Shown here: positions 20,405 to 24,000 of the stretch, piece after piece
Layout of the letters: every line of letters starts with the position of its first letter
How positions within the stretch are numbered: the first letter of the stretch is position 1
Assembly: GCA_015055625.1 (NCBI GenBank)
Contig: SVHU01000006.1
Coordinates: 32,325 to 56,324, forward strand
From: Clostridiales bacterium
GTDB taxonomy: Bacteria > Bacillota > Clostridia > Christensenellales > Pumilibacteraceae
Direction of reading: 5' to 3'
Length of the DNA: 24,000 nt
Made by a program: the position numbers and the translations under genes
Notes under the pieces: model-generated
Database searches by the model: none
What the model was told of the DNA's origin: nothing
The model's input: only the letters and a program-made list of their open reading frames with translations

Positions 20405-22861
20405 TTACTTTTTAAGTCCAAGCATTTCTTCGGACTGTTCTTTCATCTTGTACTTCAAGATTTTGCCCGCAGCATTCATGGGGAAGGTTTTTGCAAATAC
20501 GATGTATCTGGGAACTTTGTGTAAAGCCATGTGAGCTTTTCCGTAGTTCTTCATTTCTTCCTCACTGCTTTCCATTCCTTCGTGAAGGATAATCCAAGCG
20601 CAAGCTTCTTCGCCATAACGAGGATCGGGAACGCCAACAACCTGTACGTCGCGAACTTTTTCGTGGGTTAAGTAAAACTCTTCGATTTCTCTGGGATACA
20701 AGTTTTCTCCGCCACGGATAATCATATCCTTAAGTCTGCCCGTAATTTTGTAGTATCCGTCCTCGGTCTTGCAAGCAAGGTCGCCACTGTGAAGCCAGCC
20801 GTCTGCGTCAATAGTTTGAGCGGTTGCTTTGGGCATTTTGTAGTAGCCTTTCATTATATTAAAGCCTCTTGCTACAAATTCGCCGTTTTGACCTGCAGGA
20901 AGTTCGTCGCCTGTTTCGGGATCGATAATTTTACACTCAACGCCGGGGAATGCGCTACCAACGGTTTCCACTCTGTGGTCGATATCCTCGTTAACCTCGC
21001 CCATAGTACATCCGGGCGATGCTTCGGTCTGACCGTAAACGGAAAGAATTTCTTTCATATTCATTTCGTCCGCAGCTCTTCTCATTAGGTCAGCAGGGCA
21101 GTTTGCGCCCGCCATAATTCCCGTACGCATATATGAAAAGTCGGTTTTAGCAAAGTCTTCGTGGTTGAACATTGCGATAAACATTGTGGGAACGCCGTTA
21201 AAGCAGGTTATCTTTTCGGCATTGATGCACGCAAGCGAGGACTTGGGGCTAAAGTATGGCATAGGACATACCGTTCCGCCGTGAGTCATAAGGTTGGTCA
21301 TAGAAAGTACCATTCCAAAGCAGTGGAACATAGGTACTTGAATCATCATTCTGTCAGCGGTAGAAATATCCATTCTGTCGCCGATGGTCTTACCGTTGTT
21401 GATGATGTTGCGGTGAGTAAGCATAACGCCTTTAGGGAAGCCTGTTGTTCCTGACGTGTACTGCATATTACATACGTCGTCGGGTTTTACAGCAGAAGCT
21501 CTTCTTCTTACTTCCTCTTTTGGAACAAGCGAGGAACGAAGCAACATTTCTTCCCACTCCAAGCATCCGTCCATCTTAAAGCCTACCGTTACAACGTTAC
21601 GAAGGAAGGGAAGCTTTTTAGAATAGAGGGGAGCGCCGGGGGTAAGCGTTTTAAGCTCGGGGCAAAGCTCTTCGATAATAGCCTTATAGTCAGAGTCCTT
21701 ACAGCTGTCTATCATAACGAGTGTATGCGTGTCGGACTGACGAAGCAAGTATTCGGTTTCGTGAATTTTGTAAGCGGTGTTTACTGTTACGAGTACCGCG
21801 CCGATTTTTACCGTTGCCCAAAAGGTTATGAACCACTGGGGAATATTGGTTGCCCAGATTGCAACGTGATGCCCGGGCTTTACGCCAAGAGATATAAGCG
21901 CTGCCGCCGTTCTGTCCACATCGTCCCTGAACTGCGAGTAAGTTCTCGTGTAGTCGAGCGTTGTATACTTAAACGCATACTGGTCGGGATAGTAGTCTAC
22001 CATAGTGTCGAGAACCTGTGAGAATGTAAGATCGACAAGATCGTATTTTTTCCAAGGATGAGTACCTGTTTTGCTTCTGTTATAATATACCGGACGGGCA
22101 GGTTTTTCTTGTGGCATAACCGACGCCATAAAGCGAGTAAAATGAGTAAGGATAATGTCTTCGTCGTCAATATCGTCATTCCAAAGCGCGCAAACGTATC
22201 CGTCAAAGTTGAGCGAACGGAGAGCGTTAATAAAGTCTGCTACCGGCAAATCGCCCTCGCCAATCAGACAGTTAACGCCGTCTTTTTTGTCGCCTATAAG
22301 AACGTAGTTAATGTACGCGCCCAAGGTTTGAATAGTAGCATCCGCGCTCTCTGAAGATGTAAAGAAAGTTTCTCTTACGTTCCAAGCAACACCAAGCGCG
22401 CCGGAAGCAAAAATGTTCAAAATGTCGATAACGTTTTGCGTTTTTGCGTACTTTCCGCTAGTTTCAATAAGTACCATTACGCCCAAATTTTCTGCTTTTT
22501 TAACAAGAGGAGCAATGGTAGAAATAAGCGCGTCAATCGTTTCGTTGTCGTCAAGTGATACAACGAGATTTTCAATTTGTGCGGTTGCGCAATACTCCAA
22601 ATATTCGTTTGCCTCGTCAATATCCAAAGAAGCGTTTACTTTTTTAGGATATGCAATCGCGCTGATACCGATGTGGCGGTTGACAAGCTTACGCTTAGCG
22701 CCTGCGGTATTGTTGGAGTGGAATATACTGTCTTTATGTTGCGTTTTTTCCTGTTTTGCGTCGTAAATTTCAAAGCCGTCAAAACCGTAGTCTTTAACCT
22801 TGTTACAAAGCTCAAGAAAGGAAGATCCGCACACGTGTTTTGTAGAAAATGCAAGTTTCAT
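20405..22861 (-). CDS. fusion protein: xylose-isomerase-like TIM-barrel (AP_endonuc_2-type) domain + AMP-forming acyl-CoA ligase (FadD-like)
   Basis: 818 aa. The first ~250 aa resemble the sugar-phosphate isomerase/epimerase TIM barrel (FDGFEIY ... LIETSGKYA ... FDGYVCALW). The rest carries adenylation motifs YTSGTTGFPKGVMLTH, GWLHSGD, GRLKDMIIRGGENLYPREIE and AAGKILK. Confidence 0.85.
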   Translation of the reverse strand: MKLAFSTKHVCGSSFLELCNKVKDYGFDGFEIYDAKQEKTQHKDSIFHSNNTAGAKRKLVNRHIGISAIAYPKKVNASLDIDEANEYLEYCATAQIENLVVSLDDNETIDALISTIAPLVKKAENLGVMVLIETSGKYAKTQNVIDILNIFASGALGVAWNVRETFFTSSESADATIQTLGAYINYVLIGDKKDGVNCLIGEGDLPVADFINALRSLNFDGYVCALWNDDIDDEDIILTHFTRFMASVMPQEKPARPVYYNRSKTGTHPWKKYDLVDLTFSQVLDTMVDYYPDQYAFKYTTLDYTRTYSQFRDDVDRTAAALISLGVKPGHHVAIWATNIPQWFITFWATVKIGAVLVTVNTAYKIHETEYLLRQSDTHTLVMIDSCKDSDYKAIIEELCPELKTLTPGAPLYSKKLPFLRNVVTVGFKMDGCLEWEEMLLRSSLVPKEEVRRRASAVKPDDVCNMQYTSGTTGFPKGVMLTHRNIINNGKTIGDRMDISTADRMMIQVPMFHCFGMVLSMTNLMTHGGTVCPMPYFSPKSSLACINAEKITCFNGVPTMFIAMFNHEDFAKTDFSYMRTGIMAGANCPADLMRRAADEMNMKEILSVYGQTEASPGCTMGEVNEDIDHRVETVGSAFPGVECKIIDPETGDELPAGQNGEFVARGFNIMKGYYKMPKATAQTIDADGWLHSGDLACKTEDGYYKITGRLKDMIIRGGENLYPREIEEFYLTHEKVRDVQVVGVPDPRYGEEACAWIILHEGMESSEEEMKNYGKAHMALHKVPRYIVFAKTFPMNAAGKILKYKMKEQSEEMLGLKK

Positions 22862-22863
22862 AT

Positions 22864-24000
22864 TTAGTTTTCCTCGTATACGATTTTGTTAAGAGCGTTT
22901 ATATATGCTCTGATGCACGCGCCGATAACGTCTGTGGATACACCGCTGCCCGAATACAGCTTGCCGTTTGCGATAAGACGAATAAGCGAAGAAGCCGCAG
23001 CCTCTCTACCCTTTGTAATAGACTGAATCTGGAAGTCGTCAAGTTCGTAGTGATGACCGATAATTTGCTCGATTGCATGAAAAGCTGCGTCAACAGGACC
23101 GTCCCCTGCACTTACGCCAATAAGGTTCTCGCCATCCTTTTCCAAGGTTATGCTTGCAGTTGCGGTAATAATGTTTCCGCTGTTTACAACGTAGTTTACG
23201 AGATGGAAAGTTGAGGGAACTTGCATTGCGGTACTTGCTACTATTGCATCAAGTTCACGTGTTGCAATATTTCCCTTTCTTTCGCTTACGCGCTTAAACT
23301 CTTCATAAACTTTGCCGTTATCCTCGTCCGAAAGCTCGTAGCCGAGTTCTTTGATCTTTTCGATAATAACGGAAAGAGAAGCGGATGCGTCAATGGTAGA
23401 ACCTGCGTCTTTATTGGGCTTAGATGTAGGCTCGTTGTCCGAGATAGTAGATACCGTATTGTGGATAGACGTACAATCGAGGTTGCAATCAAACTGAATT
23501 TCGTCGCCCTTTGCTCTCATAAGGTCAGCAAATTTGTCTGGGCGCATAACGTCGCCGTCGGTTGCGGTCTTAACGCCAATCGCGCCGTTTTCTAAAGATG
23601 CTACCGCGCAAGCACAAGCAAGAGAAATCTTGTCTGAGGTTGCTACGTATACTTTTACTTCAGGAGCAACGCTACATACTTCTTTTATAAGCGCACCCAT
23701 TTTGCAAGGGAATGCAATTCCTGCATCGTCGCATACGGTAATCTCGGTTGCCCCATTTTCAATAGCAACTTTTGCGCACTGAGCAACAAAACCGTTTTCA
23801 GCTCTCGTTGCGTCTGTTGCAACAAATTCTACCGTATAGCCCGTTTCACTAGCTTTTTTAGTGATAGATGCAATTTTTTCCAGCATCTTAGGTGCTTTTA
23901 AGTGGTAGGTGTACTCCATAACCACGGTGGACGTGGGCATAATAACCTGCAAAACTGCGTTTTCGGCATTCTTTGCCATTTCGATTGCAGCGGTAAAGGA
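22864..24000 (-). CDS. 2-isopropylmalate synthase-like protein with a degenerate catalytic domain and an intact LeuA_dimer regulatory domain; 5' end outside the window
   Basis: The frame stays open to 24000. The C-terminus matches the LeuA allosteric domain (GDGPVDAAFHAIEQI ... GSGVSTDVIGACIRAYINALNKI). The upstream HMGL-like part aligns to LeuA, but DTVGY is DDAGI and the HxH(N/D)D metal motif is ATSDK. The stop lies 2 nt from the start of the next gene. Confidence 0.75.
   Translation of the reverse strand, partial: SFTAAIEMAKNAENAVLQVIMPTSTVVMEYTYHLKAPKMLEKIASITKKASETGYTVEFVATDATRAENGFVAQCAKVAIENGATEITVCDDAGIAFPCKMGALIKEVCSVAPEVKVYVATSDKISLACACAVASLENGAIGVKTATDGDVMRPDKFADLMRAKGDEIQFDCNLDCTSIHNTVSTISDNEPTSKPNKDAGSTIDASASLSVIIEKIKELGYELSDEDNGKVYEEFKRVSERKGNIATRELDAIVASTAMQVPSTFHLVNYVVNSGNIITATASITLEKDGENLIGVSAGDGPVDAAFHAIEQIIGHHYELDDFQIQSITKGREAAASSLIRLIANGKLYSGSGVSTDVIGACIRAYINALNKIVYEEN

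Noticed and set aside
1-24000. Mobile-element, prophage or defence-island interpretation of the window
   Set aside because: I recognised no integrase, transposase, recombinase, phage structural, restriction-modification or other known defence domains in any frame. The XRE regulators here look like local metabolic or switch regulators.

Overview
Low-GC Bacillota (Clostridia-like) chromosomal segment, transcribed almost entirely on the minus strand. I saw no rRNA, tRNA, CRISPR array, transposase or integrase.

Left to right:
- A truncated hypothetical gene.
- A class-I DAHP synthase with its own promoter and terminator.
- A ~600 bp non-coding mosaic of short palindromic repeats between convergent terminators.
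- Two paralogous zinc-ribbon/low-complexity-linker/polytopic membrane proteins. One carries a very Q/N/Y-rich tandem-repeat region and appears co-transcribed with a NiaR-type (HTH + 3H) niacin repressor.
- A GT4 glycosyltransferase and LPLAT acyltransferase pair.
- A small XRE repressor facing a perfect-consensus divergent promoter. That promoter drives a ~220 nt transcript with no convincing ORF.
- The main locus (9.3-19.0 kb).
- A second small XRE regulator, divergent from an SMP-30/gluconolactonase-family gene.
- A degenerate LeuA-like gene followed 2 nt downstream by a xylose-isomerase-like TIM-barrel::acyl-CoA synthetase fusion.

The main locus holds two tandem paralogous genes. Each encodes an XRE-HTH + cupin domain fused to a medium-chain AMP-forming acyl-CoA synthetase, and each is preceded by its own consensus promoter and a recognisable T-box leader. 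The putative specifiers are AUC (Ile) for the upstream gene and GUA (Val) for the downstream gene. The downstream gene runs without a terminator into ilvE, a P-loop NTPase and a four-subunit 2-oxoacid:ferredoxin oxidoreductase.

My main hypothesis is that this locus is a tRNA-charging-gated salvage pathway. It would convert branched short-chain fatty acids to Val/Ile by CoA activation, reductive carboxylation and transamination. To my knowledge this regulatory and architectural combination has not been described.
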